A stretch of 64,000 nucleotides of DNA, from positions 1,312,001 through 1,376,000 of the forward strand of contig CBDBBI010000010.1 in the NCBI GenBank assembly GCA_965202625.1, given 5' to 3'. The notes under the pieces are model-generated. The model did no database searches, was not told the DNA's origin, and saw only the letters and a program-made list of their open reading frames with translations. The position numbers were made by a program, and so were the translations under genes. This DNA is from a bacterium (GTDB taxonomy: Bacteria; UBA8248). Shown here in pieces: positions 48,484 to 58,111 of the stretch (its first letter is position 1; each line of letters starts with the position of its first letter).

Positions 48484-49488
48484 TTAGTTCATGCTGGCCA
48501 GCGCCTTTTCGAGCGGGCCTCTCTCGATGCCCTCGCCTCCCGCAAAATCCGGCAGGCGACGAATCTTGCCCCGACCCTTTTGCACCTTGGCGGTCGCGTC
48601 AAGCGCGTTGATGATGCGCGGGGTGATCTTGTACAAGGGGCGCACTACGCTGACGGAGCGCCTGGCGATGGAATAATCGATCTTGCGGCCCTTCGACACC
48701 AGCCACTTGTGATAGACCTTGGCGAACTTCTCGGGGTCCTTTTTCCAAAGCTGCGCGGATTTGAGGTAGGCGCGCAGATACTTCACCACCCCCTCCGGGT
48801 TGTTTTTCAGAGTCCTGGGGTTGGCAAGCTCAATAAAGATCATGGCCGGCGGATTGTCATATTTGCAGTAATCGACGATGGGCCGGCCCCATTTCTCATC
48901 CGAGATGCGAAACGACGTGGGCGCACCGATGACCATGGCCGACACCACTTTCGCCCTGTAAGCAGACAGGCGCTCCGCCGTGGTTGTGTTCATGATCTTG
49001 AGGTCGCGCGGCTTCATGCCGAATGCGGGCAAAATGCTGTTGTCCAGCACAAAGTGCGTGGACGTGCCCTTTTTCTCGGCGATGGTCTTGCCCTTGAGAT
49101 CGGCCACCGTCTTGATCGGGGAATCCAGCGGAACCCATATCGAGATGGACTTGCACCAAGAGGAACTGACGGAAATCATCGTCAGCCCCGCCCTTTTGGC
49201 CACGCCGTCCACGAAGGGGCGCGTAGCGCCGTGGCCCACGTCGAGGCTGCGCGAGAGCAAGGCTTCGATGACGAGCTTGCCTTGCGGGAAAACCTTGACC
49301 GACCAATTGCCCTTTCCGAATTCTTCATCGAAATAGCCCATACCCATGGCAACCGCCGTGAAAGAGCCGAACGTCTGGCGGTGCATCCCGATGCGGAATT
49401 TGGCCGCCAGAGCGTCAGTGACCGGCAAACTGACGAACATGAAGCTCAAAGCGAGCATCAGCCCCAGAAACCCCATGCGCTTTCTCAT
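48484..49488 (-). CDS. SsuA/TauA/NMT1-like ABC substrate-binding protein
   Basis: Signal peptide; SPIKTVADLKGKTIA..KGTSTH. Confidence 0.85.
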   Translation of the reverse strand: MRKRMGFLGLMLALSFMFVSLPVTDALAAKFRIGMHRQTFGSFTAVAMGMGYFDEEFGKGNWSVKVFPQGKLVIEALLSRSLDVGHGATRPFVDGVAKRAGLTMISVSSSWCKSISIWVPLDSPIKTVADLKGKTIAEKKGTSTHFVLDNSILPAFGMKPRDLKIMNTTTAERLSAYRAKVVSAMVIGAPTSFRISDEKWGRPIVDYCKYDNPPAMIFIELANPRTLKNNPEGVVKYLRAYLKSAQLWKKDPEKFAKVYHKWLVSKGRKIDYSIARRSVSVVRPLYKITPRIINALDATAKVQKGRGKIRRLPDFAGGEGIERGPLEKALASMN

Positions 49489-49689
49489 CTCTTTTCTCCT
49501 CTGGGAAAGAAAATACGTGAAACGACTTAAGAGACAGCGAAACAACTGCCTGAAGTCATGGATGAGGGAAGTATGCCACAGACGCGCCTTCATAACATCA
49601 AGCCCATCACGTCAAGAGGAAAGGGTGATGCCGCCAAACCATTCTGTGGTGCTCAGGCCAAGCCGCCCGTCCGGAATGAGGACGCGGGC

Positions 49690-50505
49690 TCAAAGCCGCA
49701 TCAAATCCTCCCCGGCGATGACGGGGCCGTCGAAATAGTGGGTTATCGCCCCCCTCACCCGCTCATCTGGTGCCAGAGGAGGAACGACGTGGGAGAATAC
49801 GAGCTTGCCTACGCCGGCGCGCGCGGCCGTCCTTCCCACCTCCTCCGCCGTGGCGTGATGGGCCGCCACAATCCTCGCCGTTGCGCTAAACCCGCCAAAA
49901 TTCTCGTCTATCAGCTCCGGAATGCAGGGGTGCATCACCAGAACGTCCGCTCCTTTGGCGAAGGGGATGAACGCCTCCGTGGGACTGCCGTCGCTCGCGA
50001 TGACGATTTTTCTTCCCTCCGCCTCAAACGAATAGGAGAGGATATCATCCACGTTGCCGTGGCGCGTGCCCCTCTCGGCGCGGACCTCGATGCCATCCAC
50101 GTTGAGCGAATCGCCCGGCGCGAGGGTGGATACCTCAATTTCAGCCCCGTCTCTGGGTTTCCCCTCGCCTACTCTGAGAGTGATGTCGTATTCATAATAA
50201 AGGAGCATACGCTCGACTATACTCTGAACGGGCAAGGGACCATAGACCTTGAGGGGCGACGCCCCGCCCATGATCCACCGGGAGAGGAAAAATTCGCCAA
50301 ATCCCGTATAGTGATCAGAGTGAAAATGCGTGAAGAACAGATGGTTCACTCCCCTGACGTGAAAGCCCGCCTTGACTATCTGGGTCGCGGCGTGCCGAGC
50401 GGCATCGACCAGATAGAGTTCTCCGCCCTTGACGATCGCGTTGCACGGGCCGCTTTTCTCAGGGGTCGGCGGCGGGGCTCCCACGCCCAGAAGAATGAGA
50501 TCCAC
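49690..50505 (-). CDS. MBL-fold hydrolase, RNase Z/arylsulfatase-like
   Basis: ILLGVG; THFHSDH; SDG; HAT; SHVVP. Confidence 0.82.
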   Translation of the reverse strand: MDLILLGVGAPPPTPEKSGPCNAIVKGGELYLVDAARHAATQIVKAGFHVRGVNHLFFTHFHSDHYTGFGEFFLSRWIMGGASPLKVYGPLPVQSIVERMLLYYEYDITLRVGEGKPRDGAEIEVSTLAPGDSLNVDGIEVRAERGTRHGNVDDILSYSFEAEGRKIVIASDGSPTEAFIPFAKGADVLVMHPCIPELIDENFGGFSATARIVAAHHATAEEVGRTAARAGVGKLVFSHVVPPLAPDERVRGAITHYFDGPVIAGEDLMRL

Positions 50506-50698
50506 AACCGTTTCTCCCCTTCATCAAAGCGTCCGCACATCCAGGAGACGACCCCTTGAGGGGGTTCTCCTCGCCTGGCAGGTTCTCGCGCACGCTGGGC
50601 GAAACGAGGCGCGCCTTGCTGGGCCGCACTCCCGTAAGGTATCCTGTGATCGATAGGAAGATTCTCGCGCATGACGTCTAAAAAAGAAAGCGGCTGCT

Positions 50699-51565
50699 AT
50701 GCATCGTCTCTCTGAGCATCTCTATGCGGAGACCGCCTACGACTGGGCGAACGTGGGCGCCGCCGTCACGGAAAACGGTATCCTCCTCCTTGATTGTCCG
50801 GTGCGGCCAAGCGATTCGCGCGCATGGCAAAAGGAAATTTCTCTCCTAAGCCCGCTGGGAACGCGCTACCTCATCGCCACGGACTATCACGGCGACCACA
50901 CCACGGGCGCGGCGTTCATTGAGGGGGAGCCGCACTTCATCGCCCCCCAGCGCGTCTATGATGAAATCGCCAAGGGCGAGGACGCCTTCTCCAGAGAAAT
51001 TTTTGTGGAGACGCTTCGCGACCAGGGGCTTTCGGAGGAGGCGGATAAAATCGCGCGCGCCGTCGTCCCGCTTCCGCAGTTTTGCTTCAAGGAAAACCTC
51101 ACCCTGCGCCTGCCGCCTCTCACGTTCGAGATTTACCAAAAGGGCGGCCACTCCCCCGCCTGCTCTTCCGTTCTCGTGCCCGAGGAGGGCGTGCTCTTCT
51201 CGGGCGACGTCGTCATCAACGGCCCCTCGGCAGGGATGCGCGACGCCCACGTGGGCGAGTGGATAGAAGCCCTCGCCTGGGTGGAGGGTCTGGATATTGA
51301 CGTCATCGTTCCCGGCCATGGCGAAATATGCGGCAAGGCGGCGGCGAGGGAACTCAGAGAGCGCCTGCGCGGGATGGTGGAGATCATGACCGAGGCGCTT
51401 GCCGCCGGAAAACAAAAGAAGGAAGCGGTGGCGGATGGGAAGTTTCTCAAGTATTTTCACGCCGACGACGCGCTTGGCGCATATTGGCGCAAGCAACGCG
51501 AGGACACGTTCCGAGAAGGGCTCGAGCGCCTGTATAATGAGGTGGTCGCCAGCGCGGGAGAGTAG
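50699..51565 (+). CDS. MBL-fold metallo-hydrolase (cyclase-like)
   Basis: TDYHGDH; GGHS; LFSGD; VPGHG. Confidence 0.85.
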   Translation: MHRLSEHLYAETAYDWANVGAAVTENGILLLDCPVRPSDSRAWQKEISLLSPLGTRYLIATDYHGDHTTGAAFIEGEPHFIAPQRVYDEIAKGEDAFSREIFVETLRDQGLSEEADKIARAVVPLPQFCFKENLTLRLPPLTFEIYQKGGHSPACSSVLVPEEGVLFSGDVVINGPSAGMRDAHVGEWIEALAWVEGLDIDVIVPGHGEICGKAAARELRERLRGMVEIMTEALAAGKQKKEAVADGKFLKYFHADDALGAYWRKQREDTFREGLERLYNEVVASAGE

Positions 51566-51601
51566 CGCCAATTCCTTCATCCACCCAGAAAGGACAGCGC
51601 G

Positions 51602-52042
51602 ATGAGAGTAGAGGAAAAAAGGCTAGGCCGCGTCTTTCGGGTCACGCTCGAGGCGGGAGATCGGTTCTATGAGAATCTGACCCGCCTCGTGAAGGAAAAA
51701 AACATTCGGGCGGGTTCGGTTTTTCTCATCGGCGCCCTTTCCGAGACGCAGATGATCTCCGGCTTCAGGAGCATGGAAGGATACGACGTCGACCGCCTTC
51801 GCCTCGATGGCTGGCGCGAGCTCGTCGCTCTGGGAAACATCACCTGGCCAGACGATGCGCCCGCCGCCCTGGGCGACGCGCAGTGGGATGCGCCCCAGCC
51901 TTACGTCCACGTCCACATGGCAATCAGCGGCGGGCCGGGTGCGCCGGAAGAAGTTCTGGCGGGACACCTGAGCGACGGCGTCATCAAGGGTGGCATGATC
52001 GTCGAAATCTATGAACACCTGGACGCCCCTTCCAGCTCATGA
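51602..52042 (+). CDS. PPC / DUF296 domain protein
   Basis: IGAL; ELVALGNI; HVHM; AGHL. Confidence 0.8.
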   Translation: MRVEEKRLGRVFRVTLEAGDRFYENLTRLVKEKNIRAGSVFLIGALSETQMISGFRSMEGYDVDRLRLDGWRELVALGNITWPDDAPAALGDAQWDAPQPYVHVHMAISGGPGAPEEVLAGHLSDGVIKGGMIVEIYEHLDAPSSS

Positions 52043-52094
52043 TGATCCGCCCCGCTTCATCGGCGCCCAGCGCCGTTTCCAACAGGATGAGACG

Positions 52095-53285
52095 ATGAGC
52101 GACTCTTCACTTGAGAATCTCCCCTTCGCTCCGAGTGAGGATCCCTTCACGGTGGAGCATGGGGGTTTTTACAGACGTTGGTTCTCCATGGTCGAGGACG
52201 TCGAGGAGCTGAAACAAGCCGTCGCCTCCCTCAAGGGAACCACCGACGATCTCTGGGTGCCCCTCTGGCGCGGGATGGGCGCGCGTCATGAAGAACAGGC
52301 GGAGCAGTTCGCCCGCCGGGGAGACGCGCGCGCCGCGCGCGCGGAATTCCTGCAAGCGAAGACCTACTACAGCATCGCGCGGTTTCCCCGTCCCCTCACC
52401 CCGCTCAAGGAGGAGGCCAATCGAGACTGCGTGCGCGCGTATCTCAAGTCATGCGCGTTTCTCGACCCGCCTCTTGAGGTGGTCGAGGTGGAATGCGAGG
52501 GAAAGTCCATCACCGCCCATTTTCGCGCTCCAAAAGACGCAAGCGCGGAACGGCCCGCTCCCGCCGTGCTCGTCATGTGCGGCGGGGACATGTTCAAGGA
52601 GGACAGAGGCTGGGCGGGCGAGATGTCCCTGTCGAACGGCCTGGCCGCCCTGGTGATGGACGGCCCCGGCACGGGAGAGAACCCCTTTCCCTACGAGCCT
52701 GAGTCCGTCGTCGCCTGGCGCGCGGCGGTAGACTACCTGGCCGCCCGTCCCGAGGTCGATCCGCATCGCGTAGGCGCGTTCGGCATCAGCCGGGGCGGCC
52801 ATTCGGTGATGCTGCTCGCCGGCTCCTATCCCGATAAAGTGCAAGGGGCCGTGGCCAGTGCGGGCCACCATTTCGGATACCGGATGACGGAGGGGGAGAT
52901 GGAGAATTTCGTCGCCAGCCAGAACAAGCGCGCCGCGCACGTATTCGGAGCGCCGGGGGATGGCCCCTCTTTTCCGGCGACCACGGTCGAGAGAGAGGAG
53001 GCGCTCTTCCGCCGCTGGGCGCTCAGCGAGCTGGGTCTTGTGGACAAAATCGTCTGTCCTGTCTTGATGATCAACGGAAAACAGGATCACCTCGCCCCTG
53101 TGGGGAACATCTACTACATGCTGGAGCACGGCCCGGTGACCGGCAAGGAGGCGAGAATCTACCCGGACGATGGGCACTGCGCTTTCAAATACTTCGACCA
53201 TTGGGCGCCAGAATCCTTCCGTTGGCTGGCGGAGAAGCTGGGAGGGCGAGCGGAAATCCACCCGGGCGGCCAAGAAAGTCCCTGA
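52095..53285 (+). CDS. Alpha/beta hydrolase (FrsA / 2,6-dihydroxypseudooxynicotine hydrolase-like)
   Basis: DGPGTGE; GISRGG nucleophile; GKQD; GHC. Confidence 0.82.
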   Translation: MSDSSLENLPFAPSEDPFTVEHGGFYRRWFSMVEDVEELKQAVASLKGTTDDLWVPLWRGMGARHEEQAEQFARRGDARAARAEFLQAKTYYSIARFPRPLTPLKEEANRDCVRAYLKSCAFLDPPLEVVEVECEGKSITAHFRAPKDASAERPAPAVLVMCGGDMFKEDRGWAGEMSLSNGLAALVMDGPGTGENPFPYEPESVVAWRAAVDYLAARPEVDPHRVGAFGISRGGHSVMLLAGSYPDKVQGAVASAGHHFGYRMTEGEMENFVASQNKRAAHVFGAPGDGPSFPATTVEREEALFRRWALSELGLVDKIVCPVLMINGKQDHLAPVGNIYYMLEHGPVTGKEARIYPDDGHCAFKYFDHWAPESFRWLAEKLGGRAEIHPGGQESP

Positions 53286-54196
53286 TGCGCTTGAGCAGGT
53301 TATCGCGAACAACTCTTCTTCGAGCGATTCTTCCGAAGAACGACTGGGGCGACGCCCTGTACGCTACGCTCTACCACCTGATCCGGCTCGGACGCTGGCC
53401 CCGCGGACGCAACCCGAGGCGCTTCAACGACTACCTCTACAGGCTGAAGGTGGACGGTTCGCTGCAGGATCCACTCTGCGTGTTCACCACGGACAAGGAA
53501 TACGCGAAATACTTTATCGCCTCGGTGGTCGGGTGGGAGCACACCATCGAGACCTACCGTGTCCTGCGGACGAAAGCGGAAGTGGACGGGCTGGTTCTGG
53601 ATCGCTTCCCTTGCGTGGTGAAGCCCACGCACATGAGCGGACCAGCCCAGGTGCACCCTGATGCGGACAGCCCGCTGCGCCGAGACCTGCTGAGGGAATG
53701 GTTCGAGGCTGACTTCTACCACGAGACCAGAGAGCAGAACTATCGGCCGCTCGCTTCGAAGGTCATCATTGAGGAATTCGTCTCCGAAGATGGGCGAACG
53801 ATACCGGAAGACTATAAGGTCTTCTGCTTCGGAGGGGTTCCGAAAATCGTCCAGGTGGACCAGGGCCGCTTCTCCGGCCACACCCGATCCCTCTACGACA
53901 CTTCGTGGAACAAGCTGCCCATCAAGCTCCACTACCCCGACGTCTCGCGCCCCTGCCCCCGACCGGTGATGCTGGAAAAGATGCTTCATGTCGCGGAGCG
54001 GCTCGCCCGACAGTTCGCGTTCGTTCGCGTGGACATGTATGCCGTGAACGGCCGGGTGAAGGTGGGCGAGTTGACGCACTGCTCCGAATCCGCAGTAGGA
54101 AAGATACGCCCCCCTTCCGGAGAAATCACGCTGGGCCGGTTTTTCGAACCCGACGCGCCGGCCAGGACGGACGGCGGAGAAAAGAAACGGCGATGA
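53285..54196 (+). CDS. TupA-like ATP-grasp amidoligase
   Basis: TDKEYAK; VVKPTHMSG; EQNY; IIEE; DYKVFCF; FVRVDMY; GELT. Confidence 0.85.
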   Translation: MRLSRLSRTTLLRAILPKNDWGDALYATLYHLIRLGRWPRGRNPRRFNDYLYRLKVDGSLQDPLCVFTTDKEYAKYFIASVVGWEHTIETYRVLRTKAEVDGLVLDRFPCVVKPTHMSGPAQVHPDADSPLRRDLLREWFEADFYHETREQNYRPLASKVIIEEFVSEDGRTIPEDYKVFCFGGVPKIVQVDQGRFSGHTRSLYDTSWNKLPIKLHYPDVSRPCPRPVMLEKMLHVAERLARQFAFVRVDMYAVNGRVKVGELTHCSESAVGKIRPPSGEITLGRFFEPDAPARTDGGEKKRR

Positions 54197-54951
54197 GAAG
54201 AAAGATCAAAAGAAAGATCAGAGAAATCGTGAACACCACGAGATGGATAAAGAACGTCCGCAAGACGATAGCGCTCAAGAGACTCCGGAACATGCCGCCC
54301 GGCAGCCCCGCGTGGCTCGTCGAAACGGAAATCAGATACGGCGGTCCGGTTTACGTCCTCCCCCGAAACGTGATCAGCCCCCACAACCCGCGCCGCGCCG
54401 CGTCTTCAAATCATAGAATGCAGGGCGGCGACAGGATGTCGCGGTCGCATCACGGATACGCGGAGAAATACGCGCAACGCCTGGCGCCTTTCCTGAAGCG
54501 CGAAAACGATTTGACCATCGTGGAGATCGGAATTCTGCAGGGTACAGGGCTGGCCATCTGGTCCGACCTCTTTCCCGGATCGCGCTTAATCGGCCTCGAC
54601 GTCGATCTCGCAAACGCGCGCGGCAATCTGGCGAACTTGAGAAAGGCCGGTGCTTTCCGGAAACGGGAGCCGGAGCTTTACGAATTCGATCAGTTCGAGG
54701 CTAGCGGCGACGCCGTGAAAAAAATTCTCCAGGGCGACCGCGTGGACGTATTCATGGACGACGGCTGCCACGTTCGGGAGGCGATCTTGAAGACGATGGA
54801 GAGCCTCATGCCGCATATGGCGGATGCGTTCGTCTATTTCGTCGAAGACAACGACGCCGTGTCCGACGAGATTCGCGCCCTTTATCCCGAATGCGAGGTG
54901 GAGAGCGCCGGCGAGTTGACCGTTGTGTCTCACGCAAGGCGTTCGCCCTGA
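54193..54951 (+). CDS. Class I SAM-dependent methyltransferase-like protein
   Basis: HGY...EIGILQG...IGLDV...DQ...DDGCH...YFVED. ATGA overlap with the upstream gene. Confidence 0.75.
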   Translation: MRRKIKRKIREIVNTTRWIKNVRKTIALKRLRNMPPGSPAWLVETEIRYGGPVYVLPRNVISPHNPRRAASSNHRMQGGDRMSRSHHGYAEKYAQRLAPFLKRENDLTIVEIGILQGTGLAIWSDLFPGSRLIGLDVDLANARGNLANLRKAGAFRKREPELYEFDQFEASGDAVKKILQGDRVDVFMDDGCHVREAILKTMESLMPHMADAFVYFVEDNDAVSDEIRALYPECEVESAGELTVVSHARRSP

Positions 54952-55011
54952 CTGTCCCGCATATCTTTTGGAAATTCTTCGAAACGCAAAATGGAGGCCG
55001 CCCATTCCGGC

Positions 55012-55143
55012 GGACGCCCTCGCCGCCATCACGCTCGACGACCTGCTTTGAGGGTCTTTTGCAACGCCCTTTTCCGAGCCGTTTACGCACCGAAAAACGG
55101 CGGATTTTCCAGGCCATTCTCAATGATTTTTCCCCGGCTACAT
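55012..55143 (+). repeat. Dispersed intergenic repeat, copy 3
   Basis: Matches 12156-12296 with a short deletion after gcaacgccct. Confidence 0.9.
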
Positions 55144-55235
55144 CGAAAATCGACTGAAACACTCTTTTCCAAGGGATGATCAGGTCAGAGGAAGGGCCGC
55201 ACCGCCGGGCGGATGTTGAGCGGGAGATGCGCGCG

Positions 55236-55938
55236 TCACAGCACCCCCTTCGTCAATGCGTAGAAGCGTGAGAGACGCTTCATCTCCCCGAAAGCCTCCG
55301 GCGGCGGATCGGAGCCGGCGGAGCGGGCTTTTTGCATGGAGCGGAACAACCGGCGAGCGAGATCCCGGCGAACGTCCAGCCTCGGCGCGGACACCTCCCC
55401 GATTCTTCCAGAGGCGAAAACCGCTTCCAGACGGGCGAGGAACTCCAACCATATCGACCATTCCTCCGCTGAGGGCGGGACGGGGGACGACTCGCTCGTG
55501 CGCACCCGAAAGGCGGCGGGCGGATGATGGACAGAGTTCGACCAGCACAGACGATAGGCGATTTCCGCATGATCGATCGGCAGACGGGCAAAAGACGACC
55601 TGCGGCCATTCCGCTCCAGGACGCGCATCTGCGCGCCCAGTACCGCCAGGTCCGGCTCCGCATCTAAACGATCGATCTGCCGCGCGAACCGATCCGCGCG
55701 GGTGACGTCGTCCACATCCATTCGGAATACGATTTCCGCGTCCAAGTGCCCCAATACCTCGCTCAGGCAGCGCGCAACGCCGCGCGGACTCGGAATGACG
55801 CACGAGCGCAACGCGGGCGTCTTTCAACCCCTCAAGATACTCCTCCACCTCCGGTTCACAGCCGTCGGCGATGATGAGGACTGTTCGCCTCAAGGAAGCA
55901 GACCGCGCCAAACCGCGCGGCGGACTGCAATCTCTCAT
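55236..55938 (-). pseudogene. Glycosyltransferase family 2 pseudogene (frameshifted, degraded)
   Basis: LIIADGC...LKDARV lies in one frame; RGVARCL...RMDVDD...RFARQ...HHP lies in another; the later conserved part is missing. Confidence 0.7.
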
Positions 55939-56160
55939 TCCACCCGCACAGGATACAATGAGCAGGATTCATTTTAAAAACCATTTCCGGCTGCGTCTCC
56001 TCTACAACGAAACTCGGTATGCGCCGCCTGGCGCTTCTATGACATAATGGGGAAAATCATGGGTCTCCACAACGCATCACTCCGGTTTCCGAATCGGTGA
56101 AAGACAAGAAGCAAACTGCGAATAAACGCCCCATTCATCGGCGGGAGCGAGACGGACACG

Positions 56161-58110
56161 ATGTGCGGAATCGCGGGCTTTCTCTTCATACATCAGGCGA
56201 TAGACGACCCCCGGGGCGTCGTGTCCCGAATGGCGGAGCGTCTCCGCCACCGAGGCCCGGATGATGAAGGAACCTGGGTGGATGAGGCGGCGGGCGTCGC
56301 CCTGGGGCACCGGAGACTCTGCATCTTCGATCTGAGCGCGGAAGGACGCCAGCCCATGGCTTCGCGCGGCGGGCGATACGTCCTCATCTACAATGGGGCA
56401 ATCTATAACTTTCTTGATCTGCGCGATGAATTAACGAGAGAGGGCGTGTCTTTCAAAGGGAGGTCGGACACCGAAGTTCTCATCAACGCTGTGGAGTTCT
56501 GGGGGCTGGAGACGGCTATCCGGCGATTCGTCGGCATGTTCGCCTTTGCCCTTTGGGATCGCATCGAGCAAACGCTGCATCTCGCGCGCGATCGGACGGG
56601 CGAGAAACCCCTTTATTACGGCTGGGCGGGGAAGTCTTTCCTCTTCGGCTCCGAGCTCAAAGCCCTGCGCGCACACCCCAGTTGGGAAGGGGAGATTTCC
56701 GCCAACGCTCTGACGCTCTATATGAAGCGAAGCTGCGTTCCCTGCCCTCATTCCATCTATCGGGGAATCCACAAGTTGGCACCCGGCGCCATTCTCAGCC
56801 TCCGCACCTCGGACGCGCCAGGGCGCCTGCCGGCGCCATGCGCCTATTGGCGCGCGAAGGACGCGATAGAGAGCGGGGCGGCCGACAGACGGGCCTCGCT
56901 CACCGACGATGCGGCGGTTGCGCAGTTGGATGAAGCGTTGCGGCGCTCCGTGCGTCAGATGCTGCAAGCGGACGTGCCTCTCGGGGCGTTTCTCTCCGGC
57001 GGGATCGACTCCTCCCTGGTGGTCGCCCTTATGCAGGAGCAGAGCGGAATTCCCGTTCGAACGTTTTCCATCGGATTCGACGAGGAGGGCTATGACGAAG
57101 CGCGCCACGCGAGCGCGGTGGCCCGCCACCTTAAAACGGAGCACACCGAACTCTACGCCAGCCCGAAAGAAGCACTCGACGTCATTCCCCGCCTGCCGAG
57201 ACTCTACGACGAGCCGTTCTCGGACTCATCCCAAATTCCCACGTTCCTGGTGTGCGCCCTCACACGAGAACACGTGACGGTGAGCCTGTCGGGAGACGGG
57301 GGTGATGAGCTTTTTGGCGGCTACAACCGCTATTTCTGGGGACCCAGGGTGTGGCGCTCGACCTGTTGGCTGCCGGCGCCGCTCAAAAAACCGCTGGCGA
57401 GCGGGATGGTGACGTGGGCCCCGGCACTGGATCGCTTCTACCAAAAAATATCTCCTATCCTGCCGATGCGCTATCAGGTAGAGATAGCCGAAGACAAATT
57501 CACCAAACTGGCGAACCTGCTGGGCGCATCAGACATCGACGAAATGTATGAGCGGCTGACCACGAATTGGGAAGATTCGATCTGCGTCAACGGGAACCGG
57601 CGCCCGGAGAATGCGTTTTCTCCGACACTGGCGTCAGACGTCCTTCGCCCCGAGGAGAAGATGATGTATCGGGACATGGTGGGATATTTACCCGACGACA
57701 TTCTCGCCAAAGTGGACAGGGCGAGCATGGGGGTGAACCTTGAGGTGCGAGCCCCCTACCTGGACCACCGCGTCGTGGAGTTCGCCTGGTCCTTGCCGCT
57801 CAAGCTCAAGGTGCGCGATGGCGAAGGAAAATGGATTTTACGGCGTCTGTTGTCCCGCTATGTCCCCTCCTCTCTGATGAGAAGACCTAAAATGGGGTTC
57901 AGTCCGCCCATCGGCGAATGGCTGCGGGGCGATCTCAGGGACTGGGCGGAGGATCTGTTGCGCGAATCGCGCCTTGAGGGGGAGGGGTTTTTTCAGGCGG
58001 AACCCATCCGCCAAATGTGGGCACAGCACCTGTCCGGCAAAAGAAACTGGCAGCGGCATCTTTGGGACGTCCTCATGTTTCAGGCGTGGTGGAATGAGCA
58101 GGGGCGATGA
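56161..58110 (+). CDS. asnB: Asparagine synthase (glutamine-hydrolysing) family amidotransferase, polysaccharide-associated
   Basis: MCGIAG; HRGPD; GHRRL; SDTEV; DRTGEKPLYY; LSGGIDSS; SGDGGDELFGGY. Confidence 0.95.
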   Translation: MCGIAGFLFIHQAIDDPRGVVSRMAERLRHRGPDDEGTWVDEAAGVALGHRRLCIFDLSAEGRQPMASRGGRYVLIYNGAIYNFLDLRDELTREGVSFKGRSDTEVLINAVEFWGLETAIRRFVGMFAFALWDRIEQTLHLARDRTGEKPLYYGWAGKSFLFGSELKALRAHPSWEGEISANALTLYMKRSCVPCPHSIYRGIHKLAPGAILSLRTSDAPGRLPAPCAYWRAKDAIESGAADRRASLTDDAAVAQLDEALRRSVRQMLQADVPLGAFLSGGIDSSLVVALMQEQSGIPVRTFSIGFDEEGYDEARHASAVARHLKTEHTELYASPKEALDVIPRLPRLYDEPFSDSSQIPTFLVCALTREHVTVSLSGDGGDELFGGYNRYFWGPRVWRSTCWLPAPLKKPLASGMVTWAPALDRFYQKISPILPMRYQVEIAEDKFTKLANLLGASDIDEMYERLTTNWEDSICVNGNRRPENAFSPTLASDVLRPEEKMMYRDMVGYLPDDILAKVDRASMGVNLEVRAPYLDHRVVEFAWSLPLKLKVRDGEGKWILRRLLSRYVPSSLMRRPKMGFSPPIGEWLRGDLRDWAEDLLRESRLEGEGFFQAEPIRQMWAQHLSGKRNWQRHLWDVLMFQAWWNEQGR

Positions 58111-58111
58111 G

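Noticed and set aside
49690-51565. MBL-fold proteins as beta-lactamases or defence nucleases
   Set aside because: No signal peptides, and the motifs and catabolic context fit small-molecule hydrolases.
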